Source of the DNA: Takakia lepidozioides
Lineage: Eukaryota; Plantae; Bryophyta
Direction of reading: 5' to 3'
Assembly: GCA_030704615.1 (NCBI GenBank)
Contig: CM060731.1
Span: 90,768,001 to 90,832,000, forward strand
DNA length: 64,000 bases
A program made the position numbers and the translations under genes. Positions 26,944 to 39,356 of the stretch are shown piece by piece; positions within the stretch are counted from its first letter, which is position 1; each line of letters starts with the position of its first letter. Under the pieces are notes generated by a model. That model ran no database searches. It worked only from the letters and a program-made list of their open reading frames with translations, and was not told the DNA's origin.

Positions 26944-29041
26944 AAAGGCTTGACCAACTTGTTCGGGTGAGAGGGATGGGGTCTCAACCACAAGTGTTCA
27001 CGAATGACATTGAGTTCCATATCCTTCCTAGATGTGGCTATGTCCTTCTCCCCAAGAATGGTTCTCAGCACAATCTCACACAAATTTTTTTCACAATGCA
27101 TCACATCCAGTGTGTATCGGATGAGTAAGTCTTTCCAGTATGGCAATTGGTTCAAAACAGTGACCCGTTTCATGCCATGTTCCTTTGAAGGGTCCAGTTT
27201 TCCCCCCTCAGCCCCTCCCATTGCGAGATACAACTCTCTGGTTGTAGCCCGGTCAAATTGCTCACTTGTAGTGACCACCATAGGAGCTGCTCTATGTTCC
27301 ACATGTCCATTAAAATGGGACGAGTTATTCCTATAGGGATGAATAGCAGGCAAGTATCTCCTATGACCAAGATACAAAACTTTTTTGCATGCCTTGGAGT
27401 ACCTGGAATCAACATTAGGGCCGCAAGCTGGGCAGGCCTTGTATCCCCCGTGTGCGCATCCTGCTAGCAACCCATAAGCTGGAAAGTAGTGGATTGACCA
27501 CATCAAGATGGCCCTCATGCAAAATGACTGCTGCCCCACTAGGCTACTTCCATCCAATGCCTCCACACCAACTTCCCACAACAATTTCAGCTCATCCACA
27601 AGGGGCTGCAGATAAACATCTGCATTGTCATTTCCCACAGATTGTGGTCCAGGAATCAATAAAGCCAACATCGTGAAAAATGGCTTAGTACACAGCCATG
27701 GTGGAAGATTATAGTTTACCAACATGACAGGCCAAGTTGACCATTTGTTTGATTTATCACTGTAAGGATTGACACCATCCCATGCGAGACCCAATCGCAG
27801 ATTTCTGGGGTCCGCTGCAAACTCAGGCCATTTTTGGTCAATGTGGGCCCAAGCCTTGCTGTCTGCTGGGTGCCTAACCAAGCCATCCAAACTTCGATTC
27901 TTAAAGTGCCATGACAATAACTCTGAGATGGATTTGGCTTTATACATTCAAAGCAGCCTTGGAATGATAGGGAAATGTCGAAGGACCTTACGAGGTACTG
28001 GTGTCTTCGTACCCACCACATAACGACATGCCTGACATTTTGGACAAACCTCCAGATTTTGAAGCTCCCTTCTGAACAACACACAACCTTTTGGACATGC
28101 ATGTATACTCTCGTAATGAAGCCCGAGTTCCATTATGAGTTGTTTTGCCTCATAGTGGGACTTTGGCAGGCAATTGTCTGCTGGCAACAGTTGTCTTCCT
28201 AACAATGTAAGGAGTTCATCGACAAAGGTGTTTGACACACCATGGGTTTGACAAGCATTTAACAGCAGTAAGGTAGCAGACAATCGAGAGAAGAACTCCC
28301 TACATACAAAGCCCTGGATGCCTCCTGCTCAAAACGTAAGGCACTCGCTGCACCACGATCACCATCGCTCTTCAGTCCACCATCAGTCTGCTCTGGCACT
28401 CCATCTGTGTCCCATTGGCCCTGTGTTCCATCTCCCGGTTCCTCATGTGCATCACCAGTTTGCACCCCATTATCTGTAGTTGCGAATGTCTCCCGGAGCA
28501 TTCTAAGCATGTCAAGATTACGATCCAAGGTATCAGGACCACCTGCAGGGCTGGTTTCCGTTCTAAACCCCTCATGTTCGTCTCCAGAGTTTTCCTGCTT
28601 ATAAGCATATCAGTCCACATGTCAATCCACAATAAGATGGGGAGTTTAGGGTTGGAAATGGTGGATGTGGAACGTGCCATAATACAGGCACGTGGCAATA
28701 GGAAAACGGGCATGTACAATACTCTACACCTTACAACAATCCCGCTACCAGGAATTTGAACTGTTTCTTATAATTTCAAAGTATGCATCAGGGTTAAGGG
28801 AAGAGAATCCACAGATATGCACCGGGAGTTCTCGCAAGTTAGGATCTCGCAAGTTCAAAAGCAGATGACGCTTAGCCCGGCCAATGGTTTGCCAGTTCCC
28901 ACCATGACAGGCATTGCATGGACATAGAATTTTCCGAAGACCCAGTCTTCTTGCTCGCGCTTCCTCTAGTTTCCACAATCTGTCATCGTCATGTTCTGCT
29001 TGTGTCCGCCTTTGCAATCGATGGGCAGTAGGAGGGATCAT
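26944..29041 (-). pseudogene. CACTA-2 transposase, 5' part (transposase-associated domain plus Tnp2/Transposase_21-like)
   Basis: ILCPCNAC; IHACPKGCVLF...CPKC; RHFPIIPRL; LGLAWDGVNP; STWPV...YNLPPWLC; GYKACPAC; LDVMHCEKN. Confidence 0.92.
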
Positions 29042-29350
29042 CTTGGCGACTGAGTGAGACTCGTCAGGAAATGGAGACAGACATAGAGTGTCCAGAAGTT
29101 ACACCAGGGCGCAAGCCTACAGCGAGGGAGGTAGAACGAGCAAAGCGTCAAGCGGAGAACAAGGCATTCTTCGCACGACTGAAGATCTACGACATTGCAA
29201 AGAGGTCCGAACTTGCGTTTTTTCATATGCCCTACCTAGCCCTAGCCATGAAACCGCATTAAAAGCTCCAAACCTGCAGAGAGGATATGTTAGGGTTTTG
29301 CTGCTGCTGACATTGTCTTTCTTCTTCTTCTTTGCAGCGCCGAAGCGAGA

Positions 29351-32300
29351 TTGAGTCGCCCTAAACGCCTCGTTGAGGAAATCCTCAAACACACAGGTCC
29401 TCCTCGCCGAAGTCACAGAGTTCAACTCCTGCACTCTGCAATGTCACAACGGGAGAAAGAGGTAGAGCAAGAGGAGGAAGCGCAGGTGGTAGCGGAGTCA
29501 GACACAAAGGAGGCACGAGAGCAAGAATTGCAGCGAGACCAAGATTATGCCGCACATGAAGACTTGAATGAGACCAGCTCGGAGTCAGAGATGGAAACGA
29601 TGAAAGAAGCCCCAACAAAGAGAAAGCGCGCAAAGCACCCTGCAAACTCCCCAACCCATCAGCAGGTTTGCGATCTGCACCAAAGTTCCGAGTTTCAAAC
29701 ACTATATAACTTGTCCCAGTATAATTTAGGGTTCTGAGACCTAACAAGCTGATTGATATCTTTACGGAGCTGGTAGTACCTCGCCCACAATTCTCTGTTG
29801 GTTTCCAAATTGCAGCACTCTTTATAGAGGGCTCGTCTCTCAGCTATCTTGAGTTTAATCTCATTGGTCCACCAATTAACAGCTCTAGCACAGACAATTA
29901 GTTTCATCCCAATGATCTTGTCAACCACGGAGGAAACAAAACTCTCCCAAGAGTCCCCTGCTCTTTCGACTTCATTTCTTGCGTTATCAGAGCGAGACTG
30001 AAGTTCTTGGAGCGATTGCATCGAGAGGGAGAGCCTCTTGCAAGGCCTGGACATACTCAACCTTGACCTCCTCATTATGAAGTTTTTCTATGCGCCACTT
30101 CCGAATCGAATGTTTCACATATCTCTTGGTGTTGGGAAAACACCTTTTGATCTCATTCCAAACCAGGAACTGGTCAGAGGTAGCAATATCAGTTCTGTCG
30201 ATCAACACATTCGCACACTGGGGGAACAAATTTTTGTCCATTATGATATAATCCACAATGGAGCGTTCCCCAGTTTGGGATTTCTCACGAGTCCACTGCA
30301 CTTGGTCACCTCTTGTCCTGATATTCAAGGTGAAAAGCTGAAGATCTTCTAGACAGTTAATTAACTGTCTGCCATTAGAATGAGGGGCTCACTCCATTAG
30401 TAGGACTTACCGTGTTATAAACATTAGTTCAGGCTTTCCAGATTCCTTTTAGAAAGCCCTTCACACGTTCATCAGTTTTGTTGTATGTGGGCTACCAAGC
30501 AATGAGACCCCAACAGGGCCCACCGCTTTAGACTCAGCCTTGAGATATTGATAGTTGGTGAACAGAGGTGCAGGGACTATGTTCTTGATGGTCCTGAAGA
30601 GGGTCGCTCTCTGATGAGAATACCCCAGACTTGTATCACAAAATGGACATTGTCTTCAGGCCACCCACACCAGTGAGCATCGACAATCTCCCTTTCCTCT
30701 CTGCATCTGTTTATTGTTCAAAGGTAGACTCCCCATCCGGAGGTTAAATTTTCAGTCTAGTGCCAAGGGTAGGTCTGCCCTTCAGATCATCCTCAAAGTC
30801 CTCACCCATGTCACAAACTGGAAACGAGTTCAGGGAAGTTTATGCCTAACATTGTTTTGTTCGGACATTCTTCATGCTTTTGACATGGCCTTAGACACTT
30901 CAGCCTCCACGTCAGATTCATCTAGCAGGGTGAGTTCTTCCTTCCTAATATTCAGGTATTTATCATAGGGTCGCTGGTATGAGGCATGCGATTCAGCTGA
31001 CTGTACCATAGGTCTGACTGACAGGGTCTTCTTGCATAGGCCTTTGGGCTTGGCTTACCCACGTGGTTTGCCATCCCTAGTAGTATGGTCGTATTGTTTC
31101 ACATGTTTCTGTTGAGCAATGTGTGCAGAGTTCAGTCAAAAAAAGGAAGGGAATTGCAGGGAAGGATGCGAACGAGCATAAGTCTCTTACTCCAGCAAAG
31201 TGTGCACCAACTATTGCGCCAACTGCTGTGATGAGTGGCGCGGTTGTTCCCCCTTACGAAAAACCAGCCCCGCCCACTCCACAGACTGACGTTCCAGCTC
31301 CCTTGTATCCACCAGTATCGGCTCCTCCCTCGTATCCGCTTATGTACCCACAGTATCCTGCCATGTCAGGGTATAATCTGCATGGGCACATGCCGTATCC
31401 TCACTATCAACCTCCAAACAATGATTCTCAGTGCCAGAATTACAATTCTTTTGCTCCACCTGCAGGCGCTCCAATGCATGATCCTAGTCAAGGTGGGTAT
31501 TCCATTTACCACCATTATGGAATGCATCCCCATAGTATGTATCCTCCTCGGCCTATGTACAACCAACCTACTTCCTCCCTCTATCCTACCAGCCCTGCAA
31601 GACCACACCAGGGGCAGGTCCAGTATGGTGGCCACCAACCTTCAGGATCCAACTACAGTGGAGTACAACTGCCGGCACCTTCGAGCTTCACTGCACCGCG
31701 GCCACCTCTTTATCCAACATCTCCAGGTACACCTAATACCCTGAAAGGGAAAGGCATTCTGAAATAGACCGAGGATGCATTTGCTCCGCATCATCCTGTG
31801 GGGTGGGAGACAGCAGTCCAGCCCCAACAGAGTGAAGGTGGTAACATGCATGGTACTGCTGAAACCTTGCAGGATTCCAGCCTTAGTCCTGGGGGGACAT
31901 CAGGTGTGACTCCTATAGAACGCAAAAATGCTTTAAGGAGGGAAAGAAGGGCACTTGCAAAAGATCTGAGAGACCAGGCTGCTCAGAATGTGGCTGTAGG
32001 GAGGAGGAAATTTTTCATTTCTTGTGATGAACTTGGAAACCCTGAAGGTCCTGCTCGGAACCAGTGGATGACAGCTCTGCGAGGGCAGTGTCAACGTTTG
32101 TTGGACTGGTCATTGTATGCTCAGGATCAACCATTACACTTAATTGAAAAGATCATGGAGATCCTGGCTTCAGATTGGGAATACGGACCTCCTGGTCTTA
32201 ACATAAAGGCTATTACAAAAACAATTTGCGGGCAGCTCAAGTACCAACGAAATAAGCTGTTCAAAAATTACTATAGTGTGGGGCTGCCCAAACCCCATCA

Positions 32301-35077
32301 TGTGCCAGACAAGACATGGGCACAACTAGTTGTTAGTTGGGGTTCCACTGATTTCAAGAAATTTCAGGCAAATGGTGTCAAGGCGCGGGGATGTGTGAAG
32401 AATACATCTCGATCAGGTCGCAGTGGAATCAGCGGTGTTGTAGCACGACTGGTATACTTCTCTTACAACATAGGAAGTTCCCACATTGTTTTGCATTGAC
32501 AAACTTTATGTGTTGGGTTTTTTTGGCTGGAGCTCAGAGTCTATTCCTATCACCATTGAATTAGTACACATTGCTACTACTTGGGGGCCTTCTCAGAGTT
32601 GGGCGCCAGCAAGAAACTAAGCACTCTTATTGAGGGGGAGTCATTGACGCTATCCTAGATAATTCTTTACTGTTGGCAGTGTGCTATGCTAGTCATTAAC
32701 ACTTGCAAGTTTGTTGCAATCACAGAGAAGGAGACTGGACGTACACCAAGTTTGCAGGAGATCGCCGGTAGCGCCAGGAGTGACAAAGGCTACGGCTCGG
32801 GGTGTACAGGCAGTGCAGCCACAACGGTATATAAACTCAGTACCAATTCTGGTGTGAATTACATATTCGTGATTTCCATGCCATTGCTAGTTGCCGTTTG
32901 GTTCTGTTTTCTTACTAGTTCATCAGTCAGTGTAGTGAATTGTTACTTTGGAGGTGTTCTATGTGATGGGGCAGGGAATTGGTTCACTAGCAGCTCGCCT
33001 CGATGCTATGGAAAACAAACAAGTGCAGATGGAAGCCAGCTCCAAGGCAGCTTTGGAAGCAGTCCAAGGCCAACTGGAGGCAGCAGCTGCATTCAACATT
33101 GCGCTCGCAGCTAAACTTGGCATGAATGTGCCAGATTCGGAACCTACAGGTCCACCATGCACCACCTTTGCGCCACACACAACAAATGAGACTATTTCTC
33201 ATGTTATGGGCTCACCACTCAACCTGTTCAAGGCAGTTTCTTCACCGCCACCAAAGCCAAACACAATAGGCTCATTGTTTGGGCTTTCAGAAATGGAGGG
33301 GGATGATGACATGGAGGGTTGGTCTGAAGGTGAACTCAATCCATCCCCCCATATTGTTGAGGCAACTGCAAAGTGTTCATCCGTTTTGTTGTCCCCTACA
33401 CCAGTAGCACTTCCGGCATATGTACTACCCTCTCAATATGCCTGTGAGGTCTCCATGAATTTGCAGAGTGCCCCACAGAAAGGTGTGTCTTTTGTACATG
33501 ATAATCATGTACAAGTTGTTGGTAATTGCCCTTCGGCAACTGAGAGGCAGAAACACATCCTTATACTTGACTTGAATGGATTGTTATGTGAGAGCAGACT
33601 ACGAACAAGGGAACACCTAGAGCCCACTGTCACCTCCAGACCTGGGTGTCAGGAGTTTCTGGACCGATGCCTTCAGATTTTTGATGTAGGTGTATGGTCT
33701 TCCATGTCATTGAGTAATGTCCTTCCAGTTGTGAAAGCATTGTTTCCTGGGAAGCAACCAAAGATGGTGCTTCACCAAGACTATTGTGACCAACCTGTGG
33801 GAATGGTGGACCCTCTCAATCCTTCTAAAACTGTCATGTACAAGAACTTATGTAAGTTTTGGAAGGACTACAGCCATTACAATCCAACCAATACTTTGCT
33901 GGTGGACGATTCCCCACTCACTTGCTTACCCAACCCTGCAAATAATTGCATCTTCCCGTATCCATGGAAGTTGAGGGATCAGCCAAACTGCAAGAGGCTT
34001 ATGAAAGAATTACTGCCTTGGTTAGAGGGTGTATCCAAGGCTGCACACATCCCTGAGTATGTGTCAGGGCACCCATACAGATATGGGCAGCCCAACTACT
34101 TGTTCAATACTGCAGCCATGGGTAGTGGATCACAACAATCTGCAAAGGCATCCGAACCAGGGCTTCCTGCTGCCAGAGTTCCAACGACTTTGCCTCCCGA
34201 TGCAACAACAAAGCATAATCAAAGAAAGGTGAGAGCAAAAGATTCAATGCTTGGGCGCGTGGGTGGATTTGTATTGTTAATGCTACTTCACAATGTGTGT
34301 CATTCGTGCTATTCTCATTTTTTGATCATGTGTCATTCAATATGCAGATGGTGAAACCAGTGAAGCGTTCAATGGGCAGGGAAAGCACAATATGTGCTAT
34401 CAATCAGACTACAACCACAGTGGATGTAACTGAACCATGGGGTGACCAACAAAATCCGCACAGTGTAAGTACTTCCTTTGTCCTCTTTTGTTTCCTTGTC
34501 TGATGCTGGATCAATACACCCCCTATGTATCGCTGTGTAGCTGCAGGATTGACAACCTACAAAGGTAGTTTTGTGACATCGTCCTACCACATCCATGTTG
34601 ACCATGCAGAACCTGCTATCAACTAGGTATGGCACCGTTCCACCTTTGATCATGTCAGCATGGAGTATAGAGACAGGCAAATGCAATTCAGAATTGGAAG
34701 TACTGCAATAGGTAGGGTTGGGGTGTTTGCTGGAAGAACGAGGATGCATTTTGCAGGAGTGCCAAGCTGTCAGTCTCTGTTCTCCAGGGTTCATTTCTGA
34801 TATAGGAATCTGGTTTTTGTTGCAGTTTCAGATCGGCGACAAGGTGTTATTGTTTGATCCTTGTGCACCAAAAAGAAGGGCAGGTGTGGGATATATTGCT
34901 GGATTTCCGAAAGCAAATGTGCCAGACAACTATTACCGTATCCATGTGAAATCGGTCATGATTTCAGAGGTTGTGTTGCCGTACCCGGACTACTCTGTTA
35001 CCCCTAATCATACCACATTGGGTGACACGCAGGGAAGTGCCACCTTATGGTCTGAAAAGTTTATTAAACACGCGTGA
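29351..35077 (+). CDS. CACTA-2 second (TnpA-like) multi-exon gene containing an FCP1/NIF-like HAD phosphatase domain; may be a pseudogene
   Basis: Pro-rich exon 31123-31767; PKPHHVPDKTWAQLV; HILILDLNGLL...RPGCQEFL...VWSS...LLVDDSP (33550-33960); final exon YYRIHVKSV...LPYPD...TLGD...TLW. Confidence 0.6.
29735..31050 (-). mobile_element. Degenerate LINE fragments (endonuclease C-terminus and ORF2 3' end) in an intron
   Basis: WTRE...SIVDYIIM...TSDQFLVW, NWWTNEIK; 30600-31050 is similar to the LINE fragments at 48874-49953. Confidence 0.7.
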
Positions 35078-37413
35078 TATTGAAGATGCTACAAGTTTAG
35101 TTTAGTTTTCTTTATGGATTGAAGGTTGCTGAGACAGGTGAACAAAACTGCTCTTCTGACATGAACAATATTTTTTGAATTGATGCTCTTGCTATTCTCA
35201 TGTATGATCACAAGATCCCCTTGTTCAAAGGCAACTTCATTTTCCCACATCAAGCCAAATTAAACTTGTGTAGACATGAATGTGGTATTTTGCTGGTTGT
35301 TTGCTATATTTAATATTAATAACATTACTACTGGTCAATGTGGTTCATAATACAATTATTATCCATGTTTTAAATAAGCTTTTGTTTAAATGAAACAAAA
35401 CAAATCAAAATTCTAAAACAATAATATATTACATATTAAATCAAGCAGCCAATGGCTTTTGGGGTGCTATCCCATTTATTATAAGAATAATAATAATAAT
35501 AATATGACTATTCATTTTGGCATTTGTCAACAAATAATAATTGTTTACTTTTCATCCAATAGGAACAAAACAGTGGATGTGACAGTATTCACACTAGTGT
35601 CATTGCGATCACACCACGACTTGAACCTGGTGTTAAATCTGTGTGAGAGAGTCCGTAAGAAGAGCCCTTAATATCTATTATTTATTTAATAATTCTGATG
35701 GACTCTATTACATGGCATTCCCTATGACATACATGTGGCAAACATGGTGGCGCCGAGGTGTAATAAGTACCGTAGAAAGACCATTAAGATTACTTAATCA
35801 AAATAGTAGTTGAACTAACCAGTCAAAACGACCGTCAAAATATCCGTCAAAAGAGCCACCTAAGCCTACTGCCACATCAGGTGCAAGTTTGGTGTGAGAT
35901 GGTTTTTTTCACAGGACCAAGAAAGTTCACATGTGGTGCAAAGGACTAGGTTAACCTAACACCAAGGGGGGGTGTGAACTTGCGCTTTTTTCACACCAAA
36001 ATGTGTGAGAAGAGCCGTTAAAAAAACCAGTTTCTGTACGAGTAGGTATGGAAGAGCTTGGAGCACATGTGGGAGATCATTGGAGGTGGTCTTCATGAAG
36101 AAAGGAGATTGTGGCTCACGGCATGCATAACAACTTCAACCATACATTAGCATGTGACAAGACAAGGAAGGGGAAGGTGAAGCTCATGTATTCATTCCTT
36201 TTTTTGCTTAAGTTTTGTGGTGGATGGTTGATCAAGCAAGTGATGCTTATGTGGAGCATGTTCTTTGGGGCTTGTGACCTCAAGTTTGAGAAGATGAGCT
36301 CTTGAATAGAGGTGTAGATACAGAATATTATGATGAATGAAGACAACACCTAGGTCAAGAGGTGGAAGTGTATGTGACTAGCCCATGCAAGGGAAAGCAT
36401 ATGGAAGATGGCATACAAAATTCAAATTCAAGCAAGGCTTGGCGCTTGTCATTGGGCACATTAGCTTGCTATGAGATCCAAGGAGATCAAGAGGAACTTG
36501 TCAATTTGGGATGAATGCATTGCAAAGTAAGATAATGCAATCTTGCATGCATGTTAGGGGGGAAGATACCATAAAGAAGGTGTTTCTTACTATACTCTAC
36601 AAACCCTAGTCTCCATACTCTTCAAGAAACTGGGTATGGGCTCCCTCTACCCCACCATACATTTTTTTAAACAATGTATGGAACCCCTCTGCCCAACATA
36701 CACTTTTTTGAAAAGAGTATGGGCCCCCTTGCCCTACATACGTTTTTTGAACAGTGTATGGGTTCCCTCTGCCTCACCATACCCTTTTGTTTACAATGTA
36801 TGGATACAAGTGGAGAGGCTTTGCCTTCCATACGTTTTCATTAAAAGTGTATGACATCTAGGGTGTATCTGGAGGAGTATTGCCTTTGGAGGAGTATTTT
36901 CTTGTGTTTGGATCCCCCGCACACCTGCATGCTTGACTGTGCGCCATGTCAGTTTTGTGTGCGCGCTTGTTTTCATAGGAGGTTGGTCCGGATTTGATCA
37001 CCGACCAATCCTAGATCATGCTGTCGGTGGTGAGGCTGGGGTGATGACCAGTCAGACCACCATTGTTTCTCTTATGGCTGGGTTGATGACCAGCAGACCA
37101 TATGAGTGCTTGCGGTGGATGCAGGTGCAGGTTTATGTTACGAACCTAGTAGTCTAACAAGCCGCAACAGGTTCTCTACCCGGTTACCTTGTGGAAAGGG
37201 GGATTAGAGATAGGTTTACAACAGGTGTGGTTGTGAGTTTTCATTACGGAGGTGCCACCAGTTGCTGAGGAGAGTGCCGGTACGAGCACCAGCGATACTA
37301 GTGGGTATACAAGACGAGGTGTGCGGTTTAGGCCACCTTCACCTTCAGTGTCTTCTGAGGAAGGTTCAGACTCAGAGTTAGGAGGATTCTCGCCGAGGGT
37401 GTAAGCCATTTCC

Positions 37414-38493
37414 GTGCCATTGTTGTGGGATACGATGGAGGAAATGTATAGAGCTACCAAGGGGCCACGTCGGTACTTTGGAGCTGTGGGCACCATCGAG
37501 CTTGATGATTTCATACAGGAGTTTGATAGTTGGTGTGATTTGCAGCAGATGTGCAATCCACAACTGTTTACGCCTTTTATGGCGTGGAAGGGGCTGTTTC
37601 AGCACCTTGAGGGGCCGCCCATGGATGACTACCATGAGTTTAGGTGGGGACATGAGGTGGAGATTGAGGAATGGCGGGTGTATTGGTCACCTGACTATGT
37701 CTCCATCACTAGAGGCACAAGGGCAGTGGTGACACCGGTAGCTTCTGCAAGCAGCAGTGGGACGTCAAGTGGAACAGGAGCTGGGAAGTCCACCCAAGCT
37801 CCTGCTGCAACACCAACACCCGTGCCTGCCTTTAACCCAGTTGTGGAGTTCTTCGAGGAATTAAGGAGAAACTACCAGGGGATAAAGACGGAGAAATTGC
37901 GGAGTTTGCAAGAATTCCAACGAAAGCCTGCCGAGAGTTTGAGGGAGGCTTACACTCACATGAGGCGCTTGATAAACGTAACCCAAGGGATTACAGAAGC
38001 TCAGGTAGTCCAGTTCTGGTATGGGATCCTGGACAAGGAGCTGAGGAGAAGGGTGCGGGATGCAACTCTCCTACAACTGGACCAACCCACCTTAGCAAAT
38101 GTGTTTTTGCTGGCAGAGCAGATAGAGCTCAATATGGTGGAGGAGCGAGTGGTCATGGTGGGGTTTGGTCAGGAGACACAACGAAGTGGGGCTCCTAGCC
38201 AACAACAACCACTACCCCAACGTGCTCAAGGCAACAAGGGGGCTCAGGCAAAGCCCAAGGAAGGGCCGAGAGGATCTCAATTGCAGAGGTCACTTCCTTC
38301 ATTCTCAGGCCAACAACAGTCGGGTGTGACATCTTGGGATTGTGGAGGACCCCATGTTAAGAGAGATTGCCCAGAAAGAGGCAAAGGGTCGGCACAGGCA
38401 CAGCCTACACAACTGCAATGTGGGCATTGTGACAAGTATGGGCATGAAGAGGCCCATTGTTATGACTTGCATCCTGAGCTACGGCTAGGCTAG
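37414..38493 (+). pseudogene. Gypsy gag with zinc knuckles
   Basis: ELDDFIQEFDSWCD, FQRKPAESLREAY, WDCGGPHVKRDC, CGHCDKYGHEEAHC. Confidence 0.82.
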
Positions 38494-39356
38494 TTCCAAG
38501 GGAACAATGGTGGCCGAGGACAAGGCAATGTAGTCCAGAGAGGTAGAGGAGGCAGAGGTTGGGGTGGAGGACGTAACCAAAACCAAGGAGCACAGGGTCA
38601 GGGTCAAGGTCATGACCAAGGCATGGTGGATAGACTTGCCCAGCTAGAGCAACGTCTTGCTGCCATGGCCACTACTCATGTTGTGCCAGCTCCAAGGCTT
38701 GAGGATCAAGCCCCACCTGCACAACCTCCTATGCCTAGGGAAGACCAGATTGGTATGGGCTTCATGTGTGGAGCCGCACTTGTAGGACCATTGCATGTGG
38801 ACTCTGCAGCTGCTGTCACTCGAGCAGCAACCCGTGCTCCTGAGCCAAGAGGAGCGGATGTGGATTTTGATCCACAAAGAGGGGAAGCAAGTCGGCAGAC
38901 AAGGCTTCCACAATCTTTCACATTGGTTGAGACAGTGTCAACTGTGCCATCGATGGCACTGGCTCGCCCAAGTGTGTCAGAAGTAGAGCCATGAGTGTCA
39001 TTGGGGAAAGTTGGTGTGGCTCGGGAAATGCCAGTGGGTGGTGCAGCAAAGCAAGGTGCAGCCAGTACATTGTTGGGGGCAGCTACAGCAATTTGCCAAG
39101 CTCCATGCCACGACAATTGCAATGCCGGGGATGCTGCCAGCTGCAGTGTTTAGACTGGCAGCTAGACTCTGTGAGAGTGGTGATGCATTGGCACTATCTA
39201 CGGGGATAGAGGATCAGGTGCAGTGCATGGATGCCCTAGATTCAAGGGTGAAGACAGCCACAGCTGTGCCATGGCAAGCGGCAGCTGCAAGGTTGCAAGA
39301 GTTGTCATCTAGACCAGCCATTGAGCGTAGTATGGTGACTCCTTGGGGTAGTCCTG

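Larger units (their letters stand above)
10681..36044. mobile_element. CACTA/EnSpm element CACTA-2 (about 25.4 kb) inserted in the 5' region of the gypsy
   Basis: Left end CACTACTACAGAAAC, right end GTTTCTGTACGAGTA (imperfect TIR); 3-bp TSD GGT (10678-10680 and 36045-36047); inverted subterminal motifs aacggctctt/aagagccgtt and agttcacacc/ggtgtgaact. Confidence 0.88.
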
